Shown in pieces: positions 26,480 through 38,636 of a stretch of 64,000 bases of DNA. The DNA is from Octopus bimaculoides (lineage: Eukaryota): the NCBI RefSeq assembly GCF_001194135.2, contig NC_068990.1, forward strand, positions 72,236,611 through 72,300,610, in the 5' to 3' direction. The notes beneath the pieces were generated by a model. It saw only the letters and a program-made list of their open reading frames with translations, was not told the DNA's origin and searched no databases. Made by a program: the position numbers and the translations under genes. Numbering within the stretch: the stretch's first letter is position 1; every line of letters starts with the position of its first letter.

Positions 26480-26737
26480 AGCAGTTCTTTCTCTATTGGC
26501 AAGAAATTTTGAAGTAAATATGTGTGTATGTGTACTTGTGTATGTATACATGCATGCATACATAATGTAGTGAAAAAAGAAAGAAAGATGTAAACTAGTA
26601 ATGATCTGACTCCGCAAAAAGTCTTTCCTAAAATTTGTCAAAAAAAAGATAATGTTAAATTTATGTGTGATGTGGATGGGTGAGGTCAGAATTTTCAAGC
26701 AAGGTCCTTTTAAGAAATGATGAGAAATACGTAATGC

Positions 26738-26811
<74 letters not shown>

Positions 26812-27112
26812 ATAATATAACATGATGTTGGACGATATCAGGCTTTAATATAGACCACAACATTTATTTCTGCACCACACAGCAGCATTAAGTTGCTGTG
26901 GTAGCCAAAAATAACAATATAAGTGCTCTTAAATGCACATTATGAAGTTTTTACCTGAATTACACTATACATACATACGTAAATACATGGATATACACAT
27001 ACATACATACATCCATTCATACATACGCACACACACACACACATACATACATACATACATACATACATACATACATACATACATACATACACACACACGT
27101 ACATACATACAT

Positions 27113-27345
27113 CAAAGGCGGCGAGCTGGCAGAAACATAAGCACGCCGGGCGAAATGCTTAGCGGTATTTCGTCTGCCGCTACGTTCTGAGTTCAAATTC
27201 CGCCGAGGTCGACTTTGCCTTTCATCCTTTCGGGGTCGATTAAATAAGTACCAGTTACGCACTGGGTCGATATAACCGACTTAATCCGTTTGTCTGTCCT
27301 TGTTTGTCCCCTCTGTGTGTAGCCCCTTGTGGGTAGTAAAGAAAT
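27113..27345 (+). mobile_element. Young full-length SINE family A copy
   Basis: CpG-rich undecayed copy: aaggcggcgagctggcagaaac...gagttcaaattccgccgaggtcgactttgcctttcatcctttcggggtcgat...gtgggtagtaaagaaata. Confidence 0.9.
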
Positions 27346-27467
27346 AACACACGTACATACATACACTGAAGTCTGGTACAGCTCTCCGGTCAAACTGTCT
27401 AACCCATGCCAGCATGGAAAGTGGATGCTACATGATGATAATGATGATTATGATGATGATAATGATG

Positions 27468-27513
<46 letters not shown>

Positions 27514-27728
27514 ATGGGTAATAATCTTAAATTTAGGTATACACCTGGCAATATTCGGTTATCTGATGTTATCAACAGTATGGATATAAGTGCCACAGGA
27601 TTTAGTTCAGGAATTCTTTTATGTCTATCAAGTTTATAACATATGAGAAAAAGAGAGTTAATGGAATTCATGCAGTTCTTTATTAACCACTACAATCATT
27701 CTGACCTATTGAACATTAGACCCTCACA

Positions 27729-27863
27729 GGTCAGATACTGTGCAAATAGTTGTGATACATCATTCAGTGCAGACGTGCCTTGTCAGGTGACTTGTTGAAA
27801 GATACCTGATGAGACACAACTGCACTGAATGTTGTACCTCAACTATTTGTAGTGTATCTCACC
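27729..27863. other. 135-nt ungapped imperfect palindrome (60-bp stem, 15-nt loop)
   Basis: Manual pairing: 48 Watson-Crick, 3 G.U and 9 mismatches over 60 positions, no indels. Confidence 0.85.
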
Positions 27864-28789
27864 CATGAAGAACTGATGCACGATGAACCAAAACAATCGT
27901 TGTGATCAACAAAGAATCTTGTGAATTCCATTTTCTTTCCCTTTCTCTCATATACATATACATACATGAGGAATTCTGAAAGGAGCTTTGTAAGACCACT
28001 GCTGAGACGCTTCTGATTATAGCAGCGACTCCATCAATTCCTAGGGATATCTGAAGAAGGAATTTTATTCCGAAATATCATATCAGACTATGGATGATTA
28101 AATTACAACAGTTATTATAGTCCATTATTTGTATTATAGTGCATTGTTGTGTCATTTGAAATATTTTATTCTTTACAAACAATACACAACGCTTCAAGCG
28201 AACTACAATATTCTCCNNNNNNNNNNNNNNNNNNNNNNNNNNNNNNNNNNNNNNNNNNNNNNNNNNNNNNNNNNNNNNNNNNNNNNNNNNNNNNNNNNNN
28301 NNNNNNNNNNNNNNNNNNNNNNNNNNNNNNNNNNNNNNNNNNNNNNNNNNNNNNNNNNNNNNNNNNNNNNNNNNNNNNNNNNNNNNNNNNNNNNNNNNNN
28401 NNNNNNNNNNNNNNNNNNNNNNNNNNNNNNNNNNTATATATATATATATATGCTCACATGCCACCCCACACCCCCACATACATATTTAATAATATACATG
28501 TTATATATCATTATCACTGTTTTAATGTCTAATTTTTTTTATGCTTTCATTGGTCGGACAATAATTATTTGAGGCAGACTTTTTATGGCCAGATGCCCTT
28601 CCTGATACCAATCTTCACTCATTTCCAAGTAAAGAAGTAATCCTCCTGTGTATCAAACATTGGACAACTTGGACATGACGTCAAAGAGGCCTGCAAACAA
28701 CACCATTTGCATGAATTCTGTGGCTTTTCTTTACAATAAGTGTGCGTATACCAAGACAGGGGGAAAACACACACTCAGTCACATGCACA

Positions 28790-30520
28790 CATGCATACCT
28801 ACACAAACATACATAAATACATCATGAATCTATTAAAGCTACAAACAATCCTTTCTGCTGGAAGCACAAGGCTTAATGGATTCTGCCAGCTTGCTGCCTT
28901 AATAAAGCTACAAGTAATAGCATATAAGCATTGGGTTAAACCCCTTTAGGATTGAAAAAAGGCTGCCCATTAGGACTCAAACTGACATCTCTTGAATAGA
29001 TGACATGTGTTCTACAATTGTCCTTAACTAGAGATACTTAAGGTCTAGTATTCTAAAGCATTCATAGTTTGTTAAAAGATCTACAAGACATGCCTTGCAA
29101 AATTGATTGTCTTGAGGAATTGGTTGAGTTTAGGAAAAGTGTCATAGATTGATCAAATATCAATGACGGTGATCCCAATCAGGGTCCAATGGAGATCATT
29201 TGACTTGCTCTCCACTCCTTACTCAATGTAAGCCCTAATGAAAGTTAGATCTTAAATTCAATAAATAGGTATTTTCCACAAAACTGGAAAGAGAAAACAT
29301 ACACTCAAACATATGCACACAATTATACTTATCCAAACATACATAAATGTATCATGATGCTAATAAAGATACAAACAATTGCACATCAACACAGGGCTAA
29401 AAACCCTCCTTTGAAATTAAAAAATTTGAAGGCTGCCCATTAGAATTGAAACCAACATCTCATGTATACATGACAAGCATTCTATCATTGTACCATAGTA
29501 ATCATTTCAATTTCTCAATCCATTTTAGAGGCTTTTTTCTTATCAGCAAGAATTGAATGTTTTTGACATCATAAGACTTTAGAAGCTCCAAGAACATGAA
29601 AAAATTCTTTTTAGGAATGATATATATATAACTGCCTCTTTAATTATTGTAAGTAGATTAATTGCTTCACTTTGCTACTTCATCTTTTTTGCTACATGCA
29701 GTTGGACCAACATAAAGACATCATTCCTTTGTTTGTATTCATAACAGTACTGTCTTTCCTATTTTTCTTTTCCACTCTAAATTTTTCACTGTGTTTTTCT
29801 TTACTTCTTGTTTTCGACACATCAAATATTATATTAATCAAATGCATACTGGCTTTAGAATAAATTATTTCATCTTATCATGAACTAACATTAATAATAT
29901 ATCATAGACAAATGAAAATTATAAGCCTGCTCGTCTATGACAAACTACATGCATGTGAATGATAAACCAATGAAATTTAGAAATTCACATCAACTAGGTA
30001 AACATGAAATGCGTAAGCTTTACTATTCTCATAGTTACATTAGAAGTGAAAAAATTACTATTTGTTCTTACAGCTTAGGCATTCTTAAGAAACATTACCC
30101 AGTTATTATTATCAATGGTATGATATTTTATTGGAAAACTATATCTCTACAACAAAGATTTAATGTAAAAACAATACCTCAACATGAAAGAAACTTAGAC
30201 AATAACACAAATATATGTCCAAACTTGTCCTTGACAAGATATACTTAAGATCTAGTATGCTAAAATATTCATGGTTCATTAAAAGATCTACAAGACATGT
30301 CTTGAGAAATTACTTGTCTTGAGGAACTGGTTGAGCTTAGAAATCACAGTACATCTAAACAAAGACAGAGGGGAAGTTTTATAGATTGATTAAATATCAA
30401 AGACAATGATCCCAATTAGGGCATCAAAGGAGATCATTTGACTTGCCCTCCACTCCTTAATCAATGTTAGCCCTACTGAAAGTAAGACCTTAAATTCAAT
30501 AAATAGGAATTTTTCACAAG
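28790..30520 (+). repeat. Old local duplication, arrangement X1-Y1-X2-spacer-Y2
   Basis: 28800-29023 resembles 29330-29494; 29020-29280 resembles 30227-30519 (shared aaagatctacaagacatg and ggagatcatttgacttgc.ctccactcctt). Confidence 0.8.
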
Positions 30521-31501
30521 AATGTAAATACAGGAAGTGTTTCAATAGACACACAGTTACAATAACTTATAACTGCAACCCTAACATGAAACAAATTATA
30601 TCACATAAATTCTCTCCTGCAATTGAGGCTGAATATTCATACAGAAAATCCATGGCATATTCACAGAGATCAAATCTACAAATGCTCACCAGAGTGTCAA
30701 CCTGAAACAATATATTAAACTTACTAAAGGATCGTTCAACTGGAGGTTTCACAACCACATCACCTTATTCAGAGACATTAGAAAATGGAATACAGGAAAA
30801 TTCAAAAGCTATGCCTAGTAGTTGAAAGAAAATTGCACAGCATTTGATATCATATGTTCACCAAAAAATCCAGAGTAATCATACATGGGTGCTACCAAAA
30901 GATGCAAGCACTTCATAGCAGAGAAAAGCAGAATTCTAAAGAAATTGCAGAAAATGTGAAGATGGAGATCTACCAACCTGCATGCACAAAAGCAAAGTCA
31001 TACTTAGACACTGGACGCCCCACTGCATCCACTCCCAGAGGCCCATTTCATCCAGAGGTTTAATCATTCACTTATATATTTTTTATATAATTTTAGTACT
31101 TCCATTTCCATGTTTTTATCTGGGTTTTTTTTCTAAAAACTATTTCTCTGGACCCTTCCAAAATTTTGGGCAATTTCCAAATTTTCTTTTTTTCTCTTTT
31201 ATCATTCTCTTATTCTTTTAGTCTCCTCCTCTCTCCTACATCCTTGCTTTCTCTCTTCCATCACCCCATTAGTATGTAGGTAAGTGTGTAAATGTATGTG
31301 TGTGCATGTGTGTATGCACGCAGGTCATTTGTGTGTGTGTGTGCATGCGTGCAAATCTCTGTATGTGTGTACAACGCACAGATGGTGGTAAAGAAGATAA
31401 CTGCATCCTACAGTATGACAGGACCACATCTCCTTTCAGTATACTAAACTGACAATATATTCTTCTAACTTTCAAATTTCTTGCATGTCTGCTCTTAACA
31501 G

Positions 31502-31557
31502 AGTGGAAGAGGACTTCTATGAAGAACATTGGATAGATTGCACCTGTAATTCAAAAG
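31502..31557 (+). CDS. Candidate internal coding exon A (56 nt): xVEEDFYEEHWIDCTCNSK
   Basis: Acceptor tttcttgcatgtctgctcttaacag, donor AAG/gtgcgg; only one frame is open; non-repetitive context. No homolog recognised. Confidence 0.45.
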
Positions 31558-31710
31558 GTGCGGTGATGTCATATTGCACCATTCTGTCATTGCTGATTCT
31601 GTCAGAAAAGGACATTAAGACCACCTTCATGGTAAATAAATGAGCAGGTAATTAATTTGATCAAAGAACATAATCTTCATCATCAAAACTGGCGGAGAAC
31701 TATCCATCAA

Positions 31711-31741
<31 letters not shown>

Positions 31742-32084
31742 ATGTGTGTGTGTGTGTGTGTATGTGTGTGCGTGTGTGTGTGTATTGTGGATACTCCTGT
31801 TGTAGAAAATAGACAAGGATTCTGAAATTAATTGCTTAGCAGCCTGATCAGATGACTTGTCTGTAGCGATCAATTGTGCATACTGTGTATTAGCTCATTC
31901 CTGTCATCAAATTGATGTTGCTTGTACAGTTGCACAGTGTGCCACATAGCCAATGTAGGAGTGATCAAAGAAAAATATGAGATAAAGTGTTTTGCTGAAG
32001 AATACAGAACACAAAATACCAACCTGTCGAAGATCTTCTGATCATGAGAGCAGCGCCATAACCACTATGTCACTAGAAGCTATA

Positions 32085-32290
32085 TATATATATAGGTTCA
32101 AAAAAGGAAAAAGACAAAAAAACAACAACGTGAGGACGTGATACAGATTATGTTACTAGACGCTCGGGAAAAAAAAGAAAGAGAATATGACGTTTCGAGC
32201 GGAGCTCTTCGTCGGAAACAAGGAAAGTCCAAAGAAGGGAAAAACGGAGGAAGAAAAAATTGCCACCGATATCCACGAGGTTACATTGTG
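32085..32290 (-). mobile_element. Second, 5'-truncated copy of the hammerhead-bearing element at 11935-12150
   Basis: Reverse complement aligns through ccacaatgtaacc...ggactttc..tgtttccgacgaagagct.cgctcgaaacgtca...gtatcacgtcctcacgttgttg. Confidence 0.8.
32186..32219 (-). ncRNA. Minimal type I hammerhead-like motif (U4C variant), second copy
   Basis: Reverse complement: gttt-CCGACGA-A-GAGC tcc GCTC-GAAAC-GTC-atat. Confidence 0.55.
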
Positions 32291-32299
32291 ACACATATT

Positions 32300-32620
32300 C
32301 TTATATTCTTTTATTTGTTTCAATCATTTGAAACAAATGACTGCAGCCATGCTGGAGCACTGCCTTTAGTCGAACAAATCGACCCCAGAACTTATTCTTT
32401 GTAAGACTAGTACTTATTCTATCAGTCTCCTTTGCCAAACAGCTAAGTTACAGGGATGTAAACACACCAACATCGGTTGTCAAGCGATGGTGGGGGGAGG
32501 ACAAACACAGACAGACACACACACATATATACGATGGGCTTCTTTCAGTTTCCATCTACCAAATCTACTCACAGAGCAATGTAGTTGTTAAGCAAGCTAC
32601 TACCACACAGCTGCTCCTGT
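32300..32620 (-). mobile_element. SINE family B, near full length
   Basis: Reverse complement of both the family B 3' domain and the head-proximal part. Confidence 0.85.
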
Positions 32621-32755
32621 GTCTATATTTCATTTATATATATATATGCACACAAGTAAGCTCATAAATGCAAAACAAGGTAGTACAAAATAGTACTTGA
32701 TTACTGAAGGCAGAGTGATGTGCTTTTTTTATTATTAAAGCTGCAAGAACATCAC

Positions 32756-32826
32756 AAAAAACTGCTACTCAGAGTTAAATGTTCCCAGGATAAACAGGAA
32801 CATGAAACTCTGAGTAGCAGTTTTTT
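32756..32826. other. 71-nt hairpin with 21-bp perfect stem
   Basis: aaaaaactgctactcagagtt (32756-32776) pairs with aactctgagtagcagtttttt (32806-32826); inner atgttcc/ggaacat stem; 11-nt loop. Confidence 0.85.
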
Positions 32827-33184
32827 TAATGATGTTTTTGTAGCTTTACACACACACACACGGACACAAACACACATATATACACACACACATAGAGATG
32901 TGCACAAAACCAGTCCCAAAAACCAGTGAACCATAACAGACTAGCTCACAGACCAACCAAAAATCAAAAAATCCCTTTTAACTCTTCCTTCCTCCCACCC
33001 CAGCTAGCCAGTCATATTGTCTCTTAAGACAGCAAACATTCCCTCAATACACACAAGAGAAAAAAGCTAGGTCAGTTCCTCCTCAACTTTTTGTGAACTC
33101 TTAAATATATTTCTGGGTATATATATACATATTTAACCAAATCCTTTTTGTTATAACAACGTTGTAAACTGTTTCAAACATATT

Positions 33185-33490
33185 CTTATTATTATTATCA
33201 AAGAATGTATATATGTATTTTCATACTTAAACTATTTCTAACATTTTCTATTATTATCAAAGAATATGTATATGTATTTTTCCATATATGTATTTTCATA
33301 CTTACACTGTTTTTAACATTTTCATCTTATTATCAGAGAATGTGTGATAATCAGTATGTAACACTACAAAGCTCATACAAAGCTTTATACTTTAAATATA
33401 TTCCTCTTATTATCATCAAAGAATGTATATATGCATTTTAATACTCAAACTGTTTTTTAACATTTTCTATTATTCTCAAAGACTTTTGAT
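33185..33490 (+). repeat. Degenerate AT-rich minisatellite (about 55-bp unit, 4-5 copies)
   Basis: Recurrent ttattatcaaagaatgtatatatgtattttcatacttaaact.tt.taacattttc. Confidence 0.75.
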
Positions 33491-33649
33491 AATCTTTTTC
33501 TAAAAAAGTGAAACCGGTTAAGTAAATAAATATCTTTAAAATAAGTGCATTTTCAAACCTTCTTTCATATAGATTTCCACTCGTACGGTATTCCACAACT
33601 TTACTTTATTATATATATATATATATATATACACACACATACATATATA

Positions 33650-34330
33650 CAGTGTCCAATCATTTCCGACCTGTGGGCCTATGTCAAATGACTGCTATCG
33701 TGTGTGGGACAAGTCAGTTTATCAACCGAATCTATCGTGAATATTGTCGTGCCTCCTTCCTTCAAAAGGTAGGGAAGAGCCATTTTCATCGTACTTGTGG
33801 CTATGGCGAAAGAATGTGTATGGTGGACGCTTCTGAAAGGTCTAGAGACAAACACTTTCCTCTCTGGTCAATCTCTCATCAACTTCTTCAAGTATCACTT
33901 GAAGAGGAAGGTGAGAGTAGAGGCGGAAGTTTTGTGTAGTGAATATTTCCAAAAAAGATGGGTGAATGTAGCAAGGATGGCACATGTGAACGATGGAACC
34001 AGCTTGAGCATACTCCTATGAACCAAAAAACAGGAAAGGAGAAAAGAGAGTCACCTACTGTAATGTGTTTTTTTGCATAACATTATTGCCCAAGGTTACC
34101 ATGATCTTTTCCATAGGCTTTTCTTTCCACAGATAAACCTAATCTGTTTTCCCTTTTTACATTGACATTTCTGTGATACATGATCCCTATTGATTGGCTT
34201 TTTTTTTCCACGATCCCTTTTGATTGAAATTTGACCCACTTTTTTTTTTCTTCTTCTTCTTCCCAAGAAGAAAAACTCTACTTTGTATTTTGTTCCCTCT
34301 GCGTTCAGCCCTGTGTGGCCAATAAAGAAA
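33650..34330 (+). mobile_element. L1/Tx1-like LINE 3' fragment (end of ORF2 plus 3' UTR)
   Basis: AMAKECVWWTLLKGLETNTFLSGQSLINFFKYHLKRKVRVEAEVL..YFQKRW resembles Tx1-type ORF2 C-termini; 3' end cagccctgtgtggccAATAAAgaaa. Confidence 0.6.
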
Positions 34331-34805
34331 CATATATTATTTATTATTTTTAAACAAGAATGTTGTTGATAGTGACTTCGAAGTTTCAGCTAGCTAAACC
34401 ATTGTTGGACAGTTCAATGATGGCTCAGCTGGCCAAAACTTTGAAGTCACTATCAGCAACATTCTTGTTTAAGAATAATAAATTTGTACTCTACAGAAGT
34501 ATAGTGACCTATCAGATTAATCTAAAATTGTTCTTATTATAACTGAACATAAAGACAAACATTAATATATATATATATATATATATATANNNNNNNNNNN
34601 NNNNNNNNNNNNNNNNNNNNNNNNNNNNNNNNNNNNNNNNNNNNNNNNNNNNNNNNNNNNNNNNNNNNNNNNNNNNNNNNNNNNNNNNNNNNNNNNNNNN
34701 NNNNNNNNNNNNNNNNNNNNNNNNNNNNNNNNNNNNNNNNNNNNNNNNNNNNNNNNNNNNNNNNNNNNNNNNNNNNNNNNNNNNNNNNNNNNNNNNNNNN
34801 NNNNN

Positions 34806-34841
<36 letters not shown>

Positions 34842-34842
34842 G

Positions 34843-34919
<77 letters not shown>

Positions 34920-34928
34920 TTATCTATC
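34806..34928. repeat. (TCTA)n microsatellite
   Basis: Direct reading. Confidence 0.95.
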
Positions 34929-36029
34929 TGTGTGTGTATATGTTGCACATGTACATATATATTTAAATATCTTCAGGCACTAGTTTATATTTGCTATTCA
35001 ATAAGTAGGTAATTAAATATGTGTGAATGCACGTATGAGTGGACGGATTGTTAAATGGTAGAATTTTTTTTCCTTTTTTTTCCACAAGTAACAATGCTAG
35101 GAAATACAAGAATCAAATCAAAATGTAGTCACTAACAATGTAATAACTGGTTTAACGAATTGACTCTTGGAAATAATCTGAACTCTTTGCATTCAACCAT
35201 GTGAAATTCTTTACATCTTCATAGTTCCAATCAGTTACAGCTGGAATTCACTTTGGTTGATGTAGGCTGCACTTTTGCTTTCTTCTGAAAATTTCAAATC
35301 AGATTTTCTAGAATGCACCAGGAAGCTTAGAGTGTCATTCTCCCATTAAATTCCAATTACTGTGTTGGAACAATGGCACAAATACACCAATATTTAATTT
35401 TCCTCGAATCATTCTCCCTACCACCTTCCCTACTTCACACTCACATGCACCATTATATTCTTTTGTACTTGTACCATGTTTTGACAGTAGCATACCTCCC
35501 ATACAAACATGTTGATGGTAATACAGTAGTTGTCATTGTTGTTGTTGTTCTTGTTGTCGTCGTCATTGGTGGTGGTGGTGGTGGTAGTAGTATTGATGTT
35601 GTTTTGTCTCAGGTTAATCTTAATTGAGCTGTCCTATGATCAAAGGCATTCCAGCCATGGCTATACCATCTCTTCTTTCCAGGCTAATGAATCTAGAAAA
35701 ACAATCACGAAGATTAATTATTCAGAGACACCATCAGCATTGAAAACAAAAGCTAAGTTAGCGTTAGAATATTTAATGTAATTTGCATTAAATATCTAAT
35801 TAGAAATATTGTATTTATTATGTGTATGATACATGCTTTTTTTTGTTTTTACTAGATTTTTAAACCTAAAAATTAGGGTATGCATTATACATGAGAACAA
35901 AATGTTACCTGTTTTCCTGGTTCCAAAAATCTGGCCATTACAAGAATGGCAAAAGTTATAACTATTGTTCAAGCTTTCTGACATATTACGAAGAATTTAA
36001 ATCACTGTAATATTCTTTTATACACTAGG

Positions 36030-36225
36030 CACAAGGCCTGAAATTTTGGGAGAGGGGGCTAGTCGATTAGATTGGCCCAGTATGCAACTGGTACTTAATT
36101 TATCGACCCTTAAAGGATGAAAGGCAAAGTCGACCTCAACAGAATTTGAACTCAGAGTGCAAAGATAGATGAAATACTGCTAAGCATTTTGCCCGGCATG
36201 CTGACATTTCTGCCAGCTGCCACCT
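36030..36225 (-). mobile_element. SINE family A copy
   Basis: tatcgacccttaaaggatgaaaggcaaagtcgacctcaacagaatttgaactcag...gctaagcattttgcccggcatgct. Confidence 0.9.
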
Positions 36226-36241
36226 TATATTGTTATACATT

Positions 36242-36301
36242 TCTATGATACTGATAACATATCTATGATACTGATAGTATATCTATGATACTGATAACAT
36301 A
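36242..36301 (+). repeat. 20-bp tandem repeat, three copies
   Basis: tctatgatactgataacata / tctatgatactgatagtata / tctatgatactgataacata. Confidence 0.9.
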
Positions 36302-36319
36302 TTTGATAATGTATCAAAT

Positions 36320-36460
36320 GTTCATGTGTGACTATGTATTAAGAAATTTGCTTTCTAACTACATGGTTCTGGGTTCAGTCCCACTGTGTGGCACATAGGG
36401 CAAATGTCTTCTACAATAGCTCCTGGCTGACCAAAGCCTTGTGAATGCATTTGGAAGCAG
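36320..36460 (+). mobile_element. SINE family B head
   Basis: acatggttctgggttcagtcccactgtgtggcacatagggcaaatgtcttctac. Confidence 0.85.
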
Positions 36461-37104
36461 AGATTAAAAGACACATTCGTCCAGACAGGTTTTTTCTCTC
36501 TGTTTATTTTTTTCCCCCTCTCTCTATCCATTTTCTCTCCTTAGAAGAACATAGGTTTGAAACATCAAAGACTCTTCCAGTTTTCCTGAGTGTCAAACTA
36601 ATACGCTTTGTTCCCTCACTTGTTTCTGCCTTTCATTGTGTTTTTTTTGTATAATTTGAGCCTTAAATATATGTATGTATGTGTGTGTGTGTGTATGTAT
36701 GTATATGTGTGTCTCCTTATCTTGCTATTGTGTGGTAATTGTACATGATTATTACTATCATACAAACAATGTCATTCATTTCTTGTATTTTTCAAGAACA
36801 AGGCTAATCATGAGGAAATATTAGCTTGCTCAGAAACAGGTGAGGGTTGGTGACTGGATGGGTATCAAAACATAGAAAAATCTTCTTTCTTAAACCGTCT
36901 GACACATGCAAGCATGGAAGGTGGACATTAAAATGATGAGGAGGATGATGATGTTGTATGTTTCTATGCCAGGGGTTGTGTTGCCCAAGGTTGTTTACTA
37001 TTTTACTAACACATCAAAACAATCCAGAAATAAAATCTAAAACAGAAACAACATATGCTGTTGCATATGTTGTTTGGTCCATACTGGCCAAATGACCTAA
37101 TAAC

Positions 37105-37510
37105 GTATAAATACAGGAATGGCTGCGTGGTTAAAACGCTCACTTTGCAACCATGTGATTTCAGGTTCAGTCCCACTGCATGGCACCTTGAGTACATGTC
37201 TTCTGCTATAGCTGTACGACAAAAGCCTTGTGAGTGAATTTTGTATATGGAAACTGTGCAGAAGCCCTTCAAATACGTGTGTGTGTGTGTGTGTGTGTGT
37301 GTGATTGTGTTTGTGCTTGTTCACCTACTGCTTGACAACTCATGTTGGTTTGCATACATCTCTGTAACTTAGTGGTTCAGCAAAAGAGATGACTGAAATA
37401 AGTACCAGACTTAAAAGAGAAGTACTGGGGTTGATTTGTTTGACTAACCCTTCAAAGCAATGCTCCAGCATTGCCACAGTTCAATGACTGAAACAAGCAA
37501 GAGATAAAAA
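37105..37510 (+). mobile_element. Full-length SINE family B with internal (TG)n
   Basis: Head ggctgcgtggttaaaacgctcactttgcaaccatgtgatttcaggttcagtccc, central (GT)n, 3' gctccagcattgcc...aatgactgaaacaag. Confidence 0.9.
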
Positions 37511-38199
37511 AAAAAAGAAAAAGATTTGCTACCATGAGAGTATATACTTCTTAAACTTTTATTTGTGCTTCAATGATGTACTATTATAGTTACTAACACT
37601 ATATTTATTGTTTAATATGCTATAATTACTTAATATATTTATACAATTTATAAAAAAAAATATTTCATTTTATTTCATTAAACTATTTTGTCATTATATT
37701 AAATTATATATATTGCATAATTAATTTTTTATTTTTTGATTAAGACAAAAAATCTTGCTAGATTCTGAATGTCTGATGTTCAAAACATAAAAATCAAAAC
37801 AATTTAAAAAAAAAAATGTGTTATATAAAAAAATGTTAGAAGGTTTTTTTTTTCTTTTTTAAATATCTATGCTCAAACATTTGTTCTCCTGTGACAACAC
37901 AGTAAAATTGAATATAAACTTAAGTACATCATAATCAAAATAAAATTGATTTTCTAGAAAAAATATGAACATGTGATATTCACAATGTTGATTTATATGG
38001 TAAGTGTACTTTATGACCTATATTGGTAAAATGGAAAGGTCACTTTTGAAATTGCTTAAGATTTGTGAACTTTCTTGACACAAAGTGTTTTAAACAGTAA
38101 ATATTATAAGTGTAACTAAGCTTGTTTTTGTTTTTTTATACCAAAAGATACCGTGCTACTCCTATGGAGAGCATTTGTTCTCATCTGTTTGGATTACAG

Positions 38200-38234
38200 C
38201 TCCCAACTGTGTTCATAGCAAAGCACTGAACAGA
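38200..38234 (+). CDS. Candidate coding exon B (35 nt): (A)PNCVHSKALNR
   Basis: Acceptor ttctcatctgtttggattacag, consensus donor AGA/gtaagt. The only open frame starts in phase 1, matching the end of exon A. Confidence 0.45.
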
Positions 38235-38335
38235 GTAAGTCGAGGCAATCCAATGCCACTACACAAAGAAGGTTGACTCGGTGCATTGGATGAGCTCCTG
38301 GAAGAGTCTAAAGGAACTGGGACTCTTCCTTAGAG

Positions 38336-38636
38336 CAGGGATTGGCAAACCAAGGTAAATTACCCCAAGTAGGGTAAAAATGAAATTCTTAGGGATAATG
38401 AGGACTCATTAGATATAAGTAACATTATATAAAAAAGTGTGTTCCTTGTTATGACAGAAACTTTTCTTCTGACAACACTGCATCTGTCCAATGTAATGGA
38501 TGTGTAAATAGATTCATATAAATAGATTCTTATAAATAGATTCAATAGAACTTTTGAATTCAAAGAATCAATGATCTTCCTTTCAAATCAAGAGGATATT
38601 TTGGGGTAATTGGTTAAAAAAGTTCCCCAACCCCTG
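38336..38636. mobile_element. hAT-superfamily MITE (301 bp) with 8-bp TSD
   Basis: Termini cagggattggcaaa / ttccccaacccctg; flanks ccttagag (38328-38335) and ccctagag (38637-38644), a 7/8 match. Confidence 0.8.

Noticed and set aside
27806-27813. CTGATGAG inside the 135-nt hairpin as a hammerhead core
   Set aside because: No GAAA box or stem I/III in a workable arrangement.
30567-30758. Minus-strand 63-aa ORF (…VDTLVSICRFDLCEYAMDFLY…)
   Set aside because: No recognised motif, no clear donor and no partner exons; the opposite strand is equally open.
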